From NCBI GenBank assembly GCA_016787705.1, contig JAEUTP010000017.1, positions 7,511-71,510 of the forward strand: a DNA stretch of 64,000 nt. The letters are read 5' to 3'. The stretch is from Bacteroidia bacterium (GTDB taxonomy: Bacteria > Bacteroidota > Bacteroidia > B-17B0 > Aurantibacillaceae). Within the stretch, counting starts at the first letter, position 1. Every line of letters begins with the position of its first letter. Shown one piece after another: positions 48,294-57,978 of the stretch. The position numbers and the translations under genes are program-made. The notes under the pieces are model-generated. The model made no database searches. It was given only the letters and a program-made list of their open reading frames with translations, and was not told the DNA's origin.

Positions 48294-49916
48294 ATGCATT
48301 TTTTTTTTACAAAAAATAAATACTTTTTATTTTTACTTATAATATTCATTATTTGCGAAATTATCGTAAATCCAATTGGCGAATTTCCTTTAAATGATGA
48401 TTGGGCTTATTCGAAATCGGTATCGTTTGCCATCCATGGTGTTTATACGATCGGTGATTTTGGAGCCATGACGCTTTTTACTCATTTATTGTGGGGAACA
48501 ATCTTTACAAAGATCTTCGGCTTCTCATTTACCGTGTTGAGGTTCTCTACGCTTATTTCATCGCTCATCGGTCTGTTTTTTCTAAATAAACTCATTGTTA
48601 AGATAAGCAATAATCTATGGCTTGGCTTTTTTTCGTGTTTAGTGTTATTGTTTAATCCATTGTACTTTAGTCTTACAAATACATATATGACGGATGTAAA
48701 TTTCACAACTCTATTAATCTTAAGTTGTTATTGTGCCTTTGTTTTTTTTGACACGAAAAAGGAAATATATATATATTATTTTTTATTATTATCTATTGGT
48801 CTTGTATTAATTCGTCAATTTGGAATTATTTTACCAATTTGTTTTTTTGTTTCTTGTATTACTTTAAAAGAAAAAAGGAAAAGATATTTAATTATCTCGT
48901 TTATTGTTATTGTAATAACTCTTGGTGTATTGAAATTTTACGAAAGTATACTTAAGCATTCTTTATCCTACGGTGCAGCTTATACTTTTTCAGGATCCAT
49001 TGATCTTTTGAGTTATGCTTTTTGGGAGAATTTTTTTGTAAATATAGCCGGGCGGTATAAAGTTATTTTAGTGCATATTTTTATATATGGCTTTCCATTA
49101 GCAATTATTTATCTCGCTTCAATTATTAGATCAGTCAATAAAATTTACGCTTTTACGGTTTCTATAATATGTATTTTTGGTTGTTATTTCTTGTTGCAGG
49201 GTAATATTTTTCCTTTTCATAATATGTTTACAAACATGTGTATTGGGCCTGAAACTTTTCACGAAAGCAACGGCCATACAAGATCTACTGATTTTGCGAC
49301 ACTCTGCGATATAGTAAAATATGTTTTTTCTTCGTTCACTTTTATTGTACTTATACTTTTTTTATCGTCCAAAATTAAGCTTGGTAAAGCGGCATTTAAA
49401 TTTGAACCGGAGGTTTTATTTTTAGTTTTGTTATTGGGTATGTATATTTTTATGATACTTATAACACAAAAAGATGTGTATTTTGACAGGTATCATTTAC
49501 CAATAATTGCCTTAATCTTTATTCTATTTTCCTTTATGAATAAAACTTTTAAAGCCAAATACAGTATAAGTGTATTGATCTTGTTTTGCTTTTTTTATTT
49601 ATCGGTTTTTGGAACAAAGGATTATCTTACCCTTAATCGAAACAGATGGGATGCTTATTATTTTATAAAGGACAGGGCGAAAGTTGATGCTGAGAAAATT
49701 AACGGTGGCTTTGAGGTGAATTGCTGGAATGATGGAAAAAATAATTGGTGGGCAGATTACGGTAATCTTCAAAACTATGATTACCTTATCCAGTTTAATG
49801 AAGAGAAGAGTTTTAAAACGCTTCGTGAGTATGAATTCCAGCGCTATTTTCCGTTTAAAAAAGATACTATAAGGCTACTTATGAGGGTAGATACTGCAAA
49901 AACAGCCACTAATTAG
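48294..49916 (+). CDS. Polytopic membrane protein, GT-C-like (ArnT/PMT-type glycosyltransferase candidate)
   Basis: 540 aa, about 12 helices. First-loop acidic motif FPLNDDWAYS, C-terminal soluble ~110 aa. Very AT-rich. The function call rests on topology and motif only. Confidence 0.45.
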   Translation: MHFFFTKNKYFLFLLIIFIICEIIVNPIGEFPLNDDWAYSKSVSFAIHGVYTIGDFGAMTLFTHLLWGTIFTKIFGFSFTVLRFSTLISSLIGLFFLNKLIVKISNNLWLGFFSCLVLLFNPLYFSLTNTYMTDVNFTTLLILSCYCAFVFFDTKKEIYIYYFLLLSIGLVLIRQFGIILPICFFVSCITLKEKRKRYLIISFIVIVITLGVLKFYESILKHSLSYGAAYTFSGSIDLLSYAFWENFFVNIAGRYKVILVHIFIYGFPLAIIYLASIIRSVNKIYAFTVSIICIFGCYFLLQGNIFPFHNMFTNMCIGPETFHESNGHTRSTDFATLCDIVKYVFSSFTFIVLILFLSSKIKLGKAAFKFEPEVLFLVLLLGMYIFMILITQKDVYFDRYHLPIIALIFILFSFMNKTFKAKYSISVLILFCFFYLSVFGTKDYLTLNRNRWDAYYFIKDRAKVDAEKINGGFEVNCWNDGKNNWWADYGNLQNYDYLIQFNEEKSFKTLREYEFQRYFPFKKDTIRLLMRVDTAKTATN

Positions 49917-50007
49917 TGTTGCTTATTGTTAAGGCGCAATATTGTTACTATTTTTAGTTTATTTCACTTTTTACATTAAGGGTTTTTGTTATTTTTACCT
50001 TTTCAAA

Positions 50008-52266
50008 ATGGCACAAAAATCAAGCAAATACGTTAAATGGCTTTGGATACTTTTTCTTGGTCCATTTCTTCTTCTATTTACAATTGTAGCGCTTACCGGC
50101 TTTGGAGTTTTTGGTGCTCTGCCCAATGTAGAAGAATTGGTAAATCCCAAAAATAATCTTGCCACCATTGTTTATAGTGGCGATATGAAGATACTTGGAA
50201 AGTATTATAGCGAAAACCGGGTTAATGTAAATTTTAATCAGTTAGATAAAGATCTTGTTGAGGCATTGATTGCAACTGAAGATGCGAGGTTTTATGAGCA
50301 TAGCGGAGTAGATGTAAAAGCATTGGGTCGTGCTGTTGCAGGTGCTTTTATTGGAGGTAATAAAGGGGGGGGGAGTACCGTTACCCAACAGCTGGCTAAA
50401 ATGATGTTTCCTCGCGAAAAATTAAGCAAATTTGAGTTGGTTATTCGTAAAATGAAAGAATGGATTATTGCTACACGCTTAGAAAAATATTATACAAAGG
50501 ATGAGATCTTAGCACTTTATTTAAACAAATTTGATTTTTTAAATTTAGCGGTTGGTGTAAAATCGGCATCACAAATTTATTTTAACCGTTCGCAGGATAG
50601 TCTTAATATTGAGCAGGCAGCCATGCTTATTGGTATGGCAAAGAACCCCGCACTTTTTAACCCCATTCGCTTTCCCGAAAAAACAAAGCAAAGGCGAAAC
50701 GTTGTAATGAACCAAATGGTAAAATATGGTTATTTATCACAACAAAAATACGATAGCCTAAAAGTATTACCGTTAGATCTGAGCTTTCATCCGGAAGATC
50801 ATAATGATGGTTTAGCGCCTTATTTGAGAGAATACCTGCGTGATAATTTTTTAAAATCATGGTGCGAAAAACACATCAATCCTGAAACAAATAAACCTTA
50901 CAACGTTTATAAGGATGGTTTAAGAGTTTACACCACTATTGATTCGCGTATGCAACAATACGCAGAAGAAGCAGTTTTTGAACACATGCACGATCTGCAA
51001 AAAGTTTTTGATAAAGATCTTGCAAAAAAGAAGAACGCACCTTTTGCCTGGAATGTTACAAAAGAAGAGATAGCCAGTATTATGAATTCATCAATAAAAC
51101 GAAGTGATCGTTTTCGTTCTGCTAAAAAGGCAGGTATGAGTGATGAAGAAGCCATTGCTACCTTTTACAAACCGGTAGATATGTCTGTTTACAGTTTACG
51201 CGGTGATATTGATACTGTAATGACACCCTTTGACAGCATAAAATATTATAAGGGGTTTTTACAAACAGGCTTTATGGCCATGGAGCCACAAACCGGTTAC
51301 GTTAAAGCATGGGTAGGTGGTATTAACCACAAACATTTTAAATACGATCACGTTAAAGTTAGTAAGCGCCAGGTAGGATCAACATTTAAACCTTTTGTAT
51401 ACGCATTGGCTATACAGGAAGGTTACTCGCCATGCCATCAGGTACCAAACGTTAGAACCTGTATTACCTTACCCGACGGTAAGGAATGGTGTCCTAGCAA
51501 CTCCGATGGACCAAATGATAAAAACAATGGCAAGATGTTGACCTTAAAAAAAGCACTGGCCAACTCCATTAACTACATAACGGCCTGGGTTATGAAGCAA
51601 TACACACCTCATGCCCTTGTTACTTTGGTAAAGCGTTTGGGTGTTACCGCAGAGATACCCGAAGTACATTCAATTTGTTTAGGTACCGCAGATATAAGTG
51701 TGTTTGAAATGGTGGCTGCCAATTCAACATTTGCAAATAAAGGAACGTATATTCAACCCACTTTTGTTACGCGTATTGAAGATAAGAATGGTAAAGTACT
51801 CGAAGAATTTATTCCAACAACCGATGAAGTGTTTAGTGAGGAAAAAGCATACACCATGATACAATTGATGCGTGGTGTAGTAGATGGTGGTACAGGTTCA
51901 CGCTTAAGATCGCGTCATAAATTAATGAATCAGATAGCAGGTAAAACAGGTACAACACAAAAAAATGCCGACGGTTGGTTTATTGGTTTAACACCCGAAT
52001 TGGCAGCAGGTGCCTGGGTAGGCGGTGAAGACAGGAGCATTCACTTTAACTCGATGGTAGAAGGACAAGGGGCAACAATGGCTTTACCAATCTGGGGGAA
52101 ATTTTTTAGTAAAGTATATGCCGATTCAAAATTGAAAGTAAGCAAAGGTGAATTTCCGCGACCAAAAAATTTAGATCCTAACCTTGAATTGGATTGCAGT
52201 AAATATGATGCAACAGATAATGACGGTTCGGAAGAGATAAATGAATTTGATAATTTAAAAGAATAG
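50008..52266 (+). CDS. Class A penicillin-binding protein (PBP1A-type bifunctional glycosyltransferase/transpeptidase)
   Basis: GT51 motifs [27 protein letters not shown] and YLN. Transpeptidase SxxK (VGSTFKPF), SxN (SINY) and KTG (GKTGTTQ). ATG 50008 (MAQKSSKY) preferred. Confidence 0.92.
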   Translation: MAQKSSKYVKWLWILFLGPFLLLFTIVALTGFGVFGALPNVEELVNPKNNLATIVYSGDMKILGKYYSENRVNVNFNQLDKDLVEALIATEDARFYEHSGVDVKALGRAVAGAFIGGNKGGGSTVTQQLAKMMFPREKLSKFELVIRKMKEWIIATRLEKYYTKDEILALYLNKFDFLNLAVGVKSASQIYFNRSQDSLNIEQAAMLIGMAKNPALFNPIRFPEKTKQRRNVVMNQMVKYGYLSQQKYDSLKVLPLDLSFHPEDHNDGLAPYLREYLRDNFLKSWCEKHINPETNKPYNVYKDGLRVYTTIDSRMQQYAEEAVFEHMHDLQKVFDKDLAKKKNAPFAWNVTKEEIASIMNSSIKRSDRFRSAKKAGMSDEEAIATFYKPVDMSVYSLRGDIDTVMTPFDSIKYYKGFLQTGFMAMEPQTGYVKAWVGGINHKHFKYDHVKVSKRQVGSTFKPFVYALAIQEGYSPCHQVPNVRTCITLPDGKEWCPSNSDGPNDKNNGKMLTLKKALANSINYITAWVMKQYTPHALVTLVKRLGVTAEIPEVHSICLGTADISVFEMVAANSTFANKGTYIQPTFVTRIEDKNGKVLEEFIPTTDEVFSEEKAYTMIQLMRGVVDGGTGSRLRSRHKLMNQIAGKTGTTQKNADGWFIGLTPELAAGAWVGGEDRSIHFNSMVEGQGATMALPIWGKFFSKVYADSKLKVSKGEFPRPKNLDPNLELDCSKYDATDNDGSEEINEFDNLKE

Positions 52267-52271
52267 TAAGT

Positions 52272-52982
52272 ATGATCAATAGAGTTGTAAAAAATGTTGA
52301 AGAAGCATTAAAAGACATTAAAGATGGTAATACCTTAATGGTAGGTGGTTTTGGTTTGTGTGGTATTCCTGAAAATTGTATTGCAGAGTTGGTTAAAAAA
52401 GGTGTTAAAAATTTAACCTGTATTAGCAATAATGCCGGTGTAGATGATTTTGGATTGGGTTTATTGCTCCAAACAAAGCAGATCAAAAAAATGATCTCAA
52501 GTTATGTTGGTGAAAATGATGAGTTTGAGCGTCAGATGCTAAGTGGTGAATTGGAAGTTGAATTAGTGCCTCAGGGTACACTGGCCACACGTTGCATGGC
52601 TTCCGGTTACGGTATGCCGGTTATTTTTACACCTGCCGGCGTTGGCACTGAAGTAGCAATTGGAAAAGAAACACGCAAGTTTACATTTAACGGCGAAGAA
52701 AAAGAATATTTAATGGAGAAGGCTTTTGAAGCCGACTTTGCTATTGTAAAAGCATGGAAAGGCGATACTGCCGGAAATTTAATTTATAACAGCACCGCCC
52801 GTAATTTTAATCCTTTAATGGCCATGGCCGGCAGAATTACAATTGCAGAGGTAGAAGAACTTGTTCCCGCGGGAGAATTAGATCCTGATCATATTCATAC
52901 GCCGGGTATTTATGTTCACCGTATCTTCCAGGGACAGAAATATGAAAAACGTATTGAACAAAGAACGGTGAGAAAGAAATAA
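52272..52982 (+). CDS. scoA: 3-oxoacid (succinyl-CoA:acetoacetate-type) CoA-transferase subunit A
   Basis: [41 protein letters not shown]. Near-collinear with the B. subtilis ScoA / E. coli AtoD blocks as I remember them. Confidence 0.9.
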   Translation: MINRVVKNVEEALKDIKDGNTLMVGGFGLCGIPENCIAELVKKGVKNLTCISNNAGVDDFGLGLLLQTKQIKKMISSYVGENDEFERQMLSGELEVELVPQGTLATRCMASGYGMPVIFTPAGVGTEVAIGKETRKFTFNGEEKEYLMEKAFEADFAIVKAWKGDTAGNLIYNSTARNFNPLMAMAGRITIAEVEELVPAGELDPDHIHTPGIYVHRIFQGQKYEKRIEQRTVRKK

Positions 52983-53041
52983 TACTGTATAATATTATCA
53001 AAAAAAGTTTACATCATTACCTGCGCAACTAAATATTAAAA

Positions 53042-54676
53042 ATGACAAAAGATAGTTCTTTTAAAAAAGTAGTTAGTGGTAAAGGAAAGCTTAATCTTAA
53101 TTTATTTCTGCTTGCTTTTGTTATTATCTTGTTTTTTGTGAACGCCTATAATCTAGCACTTACACAAAGGCCTTCTATCATGCATCAATGGCGGCAAAGT
53201 GACTGTCTATCTTTTACAAAGAATTATTATGAAGAAGGACTAGATTTCTTTCATCCAAAATTGCATTTTCAGGCCAATAAAGATGGAAGTGCTATTAGTG
53301 AATTTCCAATCCTGAATTATACAGTTGCCTGCTTATGGAAGATATTTGGCGAGCATGAATTCGTGTATAAATTATTAGAGTATTTTATATTCATTCTATC
53401 TGTTTTTTTTCTTTTCAATACTCTTCTGCGATCAAATGCTTCTTTTTTGTTCTCATTATTTTGCGTTAGCTTTTTTCTAACATCACCAATGCTGGTGTAT
53501 TATGGGTTTAATTTTATTGCAGATGTTCCAGCACTGTCTTTAGCAATAATAGCTTTTTGTTTATTATATTATTTTTATGAAACTAAATCGGCAAAATATT
53601 TTTATTGGTCCTTGTTTGTTTCTACACTTGCAGTTCTTATAAAAGCGAGTGCTATAATGCCCTTTGCACTTTTATTGTTTTTTTCGATAATTGATGTTTT
53701 TAACTTTAACCGTTTTTTTAAGACCGAAAAATTATTTACAAAAAAAATAATACCACTATCATTTATTATTTTATCAATACTCCTTATCATTTCATGGTAT
53801 AAATATGCTGTGTATTATAATGGTGATAGTAATAATGGTGTTTTTCTTTTAACTGTGTTGCCCATTTGGGAAATGCCTGAAGAAGCCATAATCTCTAATT
53901 TTCAATCTTTATTTAATATTCTTTTTCCTGTATTCTTAAACAAGCCAATGTTCTTTTTATTTCTGTCGGCGGTTATTTTTGTTTTTGCAAATCTTAAAAA
54001 ACTCAATACTTTCTTTCAATTTTCTTTTGTGTTTGCCACTTTGTTCTTTGTGTTTTATATTTTATTCTTTTTTCAGGTATTTACAGTTCATGATTATTAT
54101 TTAAATAATTTAATGATATTACCGGTAATTACCAGTGTATGTATAGCTCATATTGTTTTTAACAATGAATTTAATTGGGTGGGTAATAAAAAATTCTTTA
54201 CTGCTTTTGTTATAATAGTTATTGTTTTTAATTCATTTTATTCTGCCGCTTTTTTTCGCTTAAGAACCATAAGAAACGACAGTATGTGTAGTTGGTATCC
54301 TTTTTTGTCAAAAGAAGAAAAAGATTATATGGCATTTTTAAGATGGTCGTATAGTAATTCCACAAAACCGTTAGAGACCATCATTCCTGACCTTAGGAAG
54401 GCCGGTATAGATAGGAAAGATAGGGTGTTGAGTATTCCAGATGAGAGTTTTAATATCACACTTTATTTAATGGATCAAAAAGGACTTACACTTAGTGAAC
54501 AGCGTTTTGCGGATTCGAACCTGGTTAAGAGATTTATTTTAGAAGAGAATTTGAAATATGTTGTTGTAAATAACCCAACAGTAAAAAATATAACATCTTT
54601 TAAATTAATAACAGATAATTATAATTTTCTCCTTAAAAAGGAACATATAGAAGTATATAAACGTAAAGAGTTGTAG
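53042..54676 (+). CDS. Polytopic membrane protein, GT-C-like (PMT_2/ArnT-like candidate)
   Basis: 544 aa, about 11-12 helices. First-loop HQWRQSDCLSFTKNYY resembles the RQxD loop motif I associate with PMT_2-type lipid-linked sugar transferases. C-terminal ~120 aa soluble domain. AT-rich. Confidence 0.45.
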   Translation: MTKDSSFKKVVSGKGKLNLNLFLLAFVIILFFVNAYNLALTQRPSIMHQWRQSDCLSFTKNYYEEGLDFFHPKLHFQANKDGSAISEFPILNYTVACLWKIFGEHEFVYKLLEYFIFILSVFFLFNTLLRSNASFLFSLFCVSFFLTSPMLVYYGFNFIADVPALSLAIIAFCLLYYFYETKSAKYFYWSLFVSTLAVLIKASAIMPFALLLFFSIIDVFNFNRFFKTEKLFTKKIIPLSFIILSILLIISWYKYAVYYNGDSNNGVFLLTVLPIWEMPEEAIISNFQSLFNILFPVFLNKPMFFLFLSAVIFVFANLKKLNTFFQFSFVFATLFFVFYILFFFQVFTVHDYYLNNLMILPVITSVCIAHIVFNNEFNWVGNKKFFTAFVIIVIVFNSFYSAAFFRLRTIRNDSMCSWYPFLSKEEKDYMAFLRWSYSNSTKPLETIIPDLRKAGIDRKDRVLSIPDESFNITLYLMDQKGLTLSEQRFADSNLVKRFILEENLKYVVVNNPTVKNITSFKLITDNYNFLLKKEHIEVYKRKEL

Positions 54677-54679
54677 TAA

Positions 54680-56086
54680 ATGTTATTTAATTCATTACAT
54701 TTTTTATTCTTTCTTCCAGTTGTTGTTGGATTGTATTACCTATTGCCTCAAAAATTCAGGTGGATGCTGATCTTTTTATCCAGCTGTTATTTTTATATGG
54801 TGTTTGTTCCAAAATACATACTTATACTTTTTTTAATTATTATTGTTGATTACATTGCAGCACTTACTATCGAAAGGGTAGAAGGTAGATTGAAATTATT
54901 TTATCTTGTAGCTAGCTTAACTGCAAACATTGGTCTTTTGGCCTTTTTTAAATACTTTAATTTTTTTAATGAGAATTTAGTTTCGGTATTTTCTTTATTC
55001 GGAAAAGAATTTCACCCTATAAACTTAAATATTATTTTGCCTATTGGCTTGTCATTTCACACTTTTCAGTCTATGAGTTATACAATTGAAGTTTATCGTG
55101 GAAGACAAAAAGCAGAAACGCATTTAGGATATTTTGCCAATTACGTGCTCTTCTTTCCGCAAATGGTTGCCGGGCCAATTGAGCGATACGAAACACTTGG
55201 CAATGAATTAATGAATGTACACAAACCATTGTATCAAAATTTTTCAGATGGCTTTAGATTGATATTGTACGGTTTGTTTATAAAAATGGCTGTTGCCGAT
55301 AATATAGCACCATATGTGAATCAGATCTATGCTGATCCCTTAAAATATAATTCTTTTGAAGTTTTATTGTCTGTATTTTTATTTTCCTTCCAGATCTATG
55401 CCGATTTTTTTGGTTATTCAACCATAGCATTAGGTTGTGCTCGTTTATTAGGAATTAATATCATGAATAATTTTAAAACACCATACCTCGCAAAAAGTGT
55501 ATCTGAGTTTTGGTCGCGCTGGCATATTTCGCTTAGTACCTGGTTTAGAGATTATTTATACATTCCTTTAGGCGGTAACCGTGTAAGGATACCAAGATGG
55601 AGTATCAACATTTTAATTGTTTTTATGGTTAGTGGTTTATGGCACGGCGCTAGCTGGACATTTGTAGTATGGGGGGCTTTGCATGGAATAATGCTTTTAC
55701 TCGAAAGATATTTTTCTATACTTTTTAAATTTGAAATTAAAAAAGAATGGAGTATACTAAATGCATTTTTGGTTTTAAAAACATTTGTAATTACTTCTTT
55801 CATCTGGATATTTTTCAGGGCAGAAAATTTTCAGAAAGCAAAAGATATTATTAAAGCAATTATAAGAAATCAGTCTTTTCAATGGGCCCAATTGGATATA
55901 ATTATGCCTTTATTCTTTACAGGCTTAATAATTATTTTTGATATATTTTTATATAACTCACGTTTCGATACTAGATTAAATAAACTTAAAACCCCTTATA
56001 GATGGGCCTTTTATACAGTATTATTATTTTTTTTAATGGCATTATCGGGTACTCAAAAATTCACTTTTATTTATTTTCAGTTTTAA
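54680..56086 (+). CDS. MBOAT family membrane O-acyltransferase (AlgI/PatA/DltB type)
   Basis: Signature FWSRWHISLSTWFRDYLYIPLGGNR plus SGLWHGASW. 468 aa, multi-spanning. Confidence 0.88.
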   Translation: MLFNSLHFLFFLPVVVGLYYLLPQKFRWMLIFLSSCYFYMVFVPKYILILFLIIIVDYIAALTIERVEGRLKLFYLVASLTANIGLLAFFKYFNFFNENLVSVFSLFGKEFHPINLNIILPIGLSFHTFQSMSYTIEVYRGRQKAETHLGYFANYVLFFPQMVAGPIERYETLGNELMNVHKPLYQNFSDGFRLILYGLFIKMAVADNIAPYVNQIYADPLKYNSFEVLLSVFLFSFQIYADFFGYSTIALGCARLLGINIMNNFKTPYLAKSVSEFWSRWHISLSTWFRDYLYIPLGGNRVRIPRWSINILIVFMVSGLWHGASWTFVVWGALHGIMLLLERYFSILFKFEIKKEWSILNAFLVLKTFVITSFIWIFFRAENFQKAKDIIKAIIRNQSFQWAQLDIIMPLFFTGLIIIFDIFLYNSRFDTRLNKLKTPYRWAFYTVLLFFLMALSGTQKFTFIYFQF

Positions 56087-57130
56087 ATGGTAAAAAAAAT
56101 TATAATAAAGTTTTTTATGCTGGCAATAATAATTGCAGCGTTAAACCTTGTATATAATTTTATATTGTATAAGCGCGATCTTAACGAAAAATGTGAGCAG
56201 ATAGTTGAGATAAAAACAAAACAAGCGGCTACTGATATTTTTTATTTTGGCGAGTCATCTAATTTTAACGTGCGTGAAACTGATTCGATCAAAAACACTA
56301 TTTCTGAGATCACCGCTTTCTTTTTTCCAACGCTTACCTTAACTACTATTAATAAACCCGCAACACATGCAGGTATTTATAAAGAGTGGTTAAAACAAAT
56401 AAATGTAAACGAAAACAAGCCAAAGGCCGTGATTGTTACCTTAAATATGCGCTCGTTTGATGCGGCATGGATACATTCACGTCTTGAAACTCAATTACAG
56501 GAATCTGTTGTTTTGGCGCAGCCTTATCCTAACATTATAAACAGGTTCTTGCTTTCATTACAGGCTTTTGATAATAAAACCGAACAACAACGCGAAGCCG
56601 AAATGCTAAAAGAATGGCAAACCACGCCGTTGATTTTTCCTTTCCCGTTTAAGTATAAAACAGTAAGAGAATGGGATAATGCCATGGCGCAAGGTACTTA
56701 TCTAAAGGCGGACGGCAGTTGGGATCACGAAAAAATAACACTTGCCTGTCACTATATAAAAGGCTACGCATTTAATATTCGAGAAGATAACCCGCGTATA
56801 AAAGATTTTGATGAGATAGCCGATTGGTGCAATAAAAATAAGGTGAATTTGTATTTAAATTTAATGGCCGAAAATATTGAATACGCAGATAGTTTAGTTG
56901 GCAAAGAATTAGTATTTTTAATGAAACAAAACAGGGATTATTTAGTAAAACGGTATCATAAAAACAATTGTGTGGTTGTTGATAACCTTGAATTGGTAAA
57001 CGGGAAAGAATTTACTGATCAAAATTGGACAACCGAGCATTATGGATACAAAGGAAGAATGATAATTGCCAAGAACGTAGCTAAAGCATTAAATAAACAA
57101 TTTTCAAAAGAATATAAAAACGTATATTGA
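56087..57130 (+). CDS. Membrane-anchored extracytoplasmic protein coupled to the MBOAT (possible degenerate SGNH/DltD/AlgJ-type acyl-transfer partner)
   Basis: Starts on the nucleotide after the MBOAT stop. Single N-terminal TM. FYFGESSN near the N-terminus and TTEHYGYKG near the C-terminus could be Ser and His blocks. Function is inferred from position. Confidence 0.4.
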   Translation: MVKKIIIKFFMLAIIIAALNLVYNFILYKRDLNEKCEQIVEIKTKQAATDIFYFGESSNFNVRETDSIKNTISEITAFFFPTLTLTTINKPATHAGIYKEWLKQINVNENKPKAVIVTLNMRSFDAAWIHSRLETQLQESVVLAQPYPNIINRFLLSLQAFDNKTEQQREAEMLKEWQTTPLIFPFPFKYKTVREWDNAMAQGTYLKADGSWDHEKITLACHYIKGYAFNIREDNPRIKDFDEIADWCNKNKVNLYLNLMAENIEYADSLVGKELVFLMKQNRDYLVKRYHKNNCVVVDNLELVNGKEFTDQNWTTEHYGYKGRMIIAKNVAKALNKQFSKEYKNVY

Positions 57131-57131
57131 T

Positions 57132-57788
57132 ATGTTAGATAAGAACGGTATAGCCAAAAGAATAGCAAAAGAAGTTAAAGATGGTATGTTTGTTAATCTG
57201 GGAATTGGAATTCCAACGCTGGTAGCAAACTACATTCCCGAAGGTGTAAATGTTGTATTGCAGTCAGAGAACGGTATATTGGGTATGGGGCCATTTCCCT
57301 TTGAAGGAGAAGAAGATGCAGATCTTATAAATGCAGGTAAACAAACTATTACTTTATTAAAAGGTTCAAGTATTTTTGACAGCGCTATGAGCTTTGGTAT
57401 GATCCGTTCACAAAAAGTCAATCTTACTATTCTTGGAGCTATGGAAGTGAGTGAGAATGGTGATATTGCCAACTGGAAAATTCCGGGAAAGATGGTAAAA
57501 GGGATGGGTGGGGCCATGGATCTTGTTGCCAGCGCTAAAAATATTATTGTTGCAATGCAACAGGTTAATAAAGCCGGACAATCAAAATTTTTACCTAAAT
57601 GCGAATTGCCTTTAACCGGCGTTAGATGCGTAAAAAAAGTAGTTACGGAATTAGGCGTTTATGAAATATCACCGCAAGGTGGTTTTAAATTATTAGAACG
57701 CGCTCCTGGCATAAGCGTTGAACAAATAAAGAATGCAACTGCTGGCAAATTGATTGTTGAAGGCGATGTACCTGAAATGCAGATCTGA
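57132..57788 (+). CDS. scoB: 3-oxoacid CoA-transferase subunit B
   Basis: VNLGIGIPTLVAN, active-site Glu block LQSENGILG, DADLINAGK, GMGGAMDLV. Collinear with the ScoB/AtoA blocks. Confidence 0.9.
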   Translation: MLDKNGIAKRIAKEVKDGMFVNLGIGIPTLVANYIPEGVNVVLQSENGILGMGPFPFEGEEDADLINAGKQTITLLKGSSIFDSAMSFGMIRSQKVNLTILGAMEVSENGDIANWKIPGKMVKGMGGAMDLVASAKNIIVAMQQVNKAGQSKFLPKCELPLTGVRCVKKVVTELGVYEISPQGGFKLLERAPGISVEQIKNATAGKLIVEGDVPEMQI

Positions 57789-57978
57789 ACGATCTGTTTT
57801 TAATTTTATATTTAAGATAATATTTAATGTTTGACAGTTATTTTTTACCTTAGAGCAAATATTAATTATCATTGCCTTCTTATTTTATTTTAGTTCTGTA
57901 CTATTAATCGAATTCAATAGCAAAAGATTATTCTCGGTTCTTTTTTTAGTTTTCCGATAATGAATTAACGAAGTAATC

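Noticed and set aside
48299-48308. T10 run at codons 3-5 of the GT-C-like gene (plus T9 runs at 5706..5714 and 5718..5726 in prmC), considered as phase-variation tracts
   Set aside because: A/T homopolymers of 9-10 nt occur repeatedly in this AT-rich sequence, including inside essential genes, so they are not distinctive. Only the G9 run at 50365 stands out compositionally.
54511-54521. ggattcgaacc, the reverse complement of the tRNA T-arm consensus GGTTCGAATCC, inside the GT-C-like gene of the cassette (a possible tRNA-derived att remnant)
   Set aside because: The flanking bases cannot complete a 5-bp T-stem (cca versus gca do not pair), and no acceptor stem or CCA context follows. The 11-mer lies in frame within the ORF (ADSNLV). 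I treat it as coincidence unless a matching tRNA 3' end exists elsewhere in the genome.
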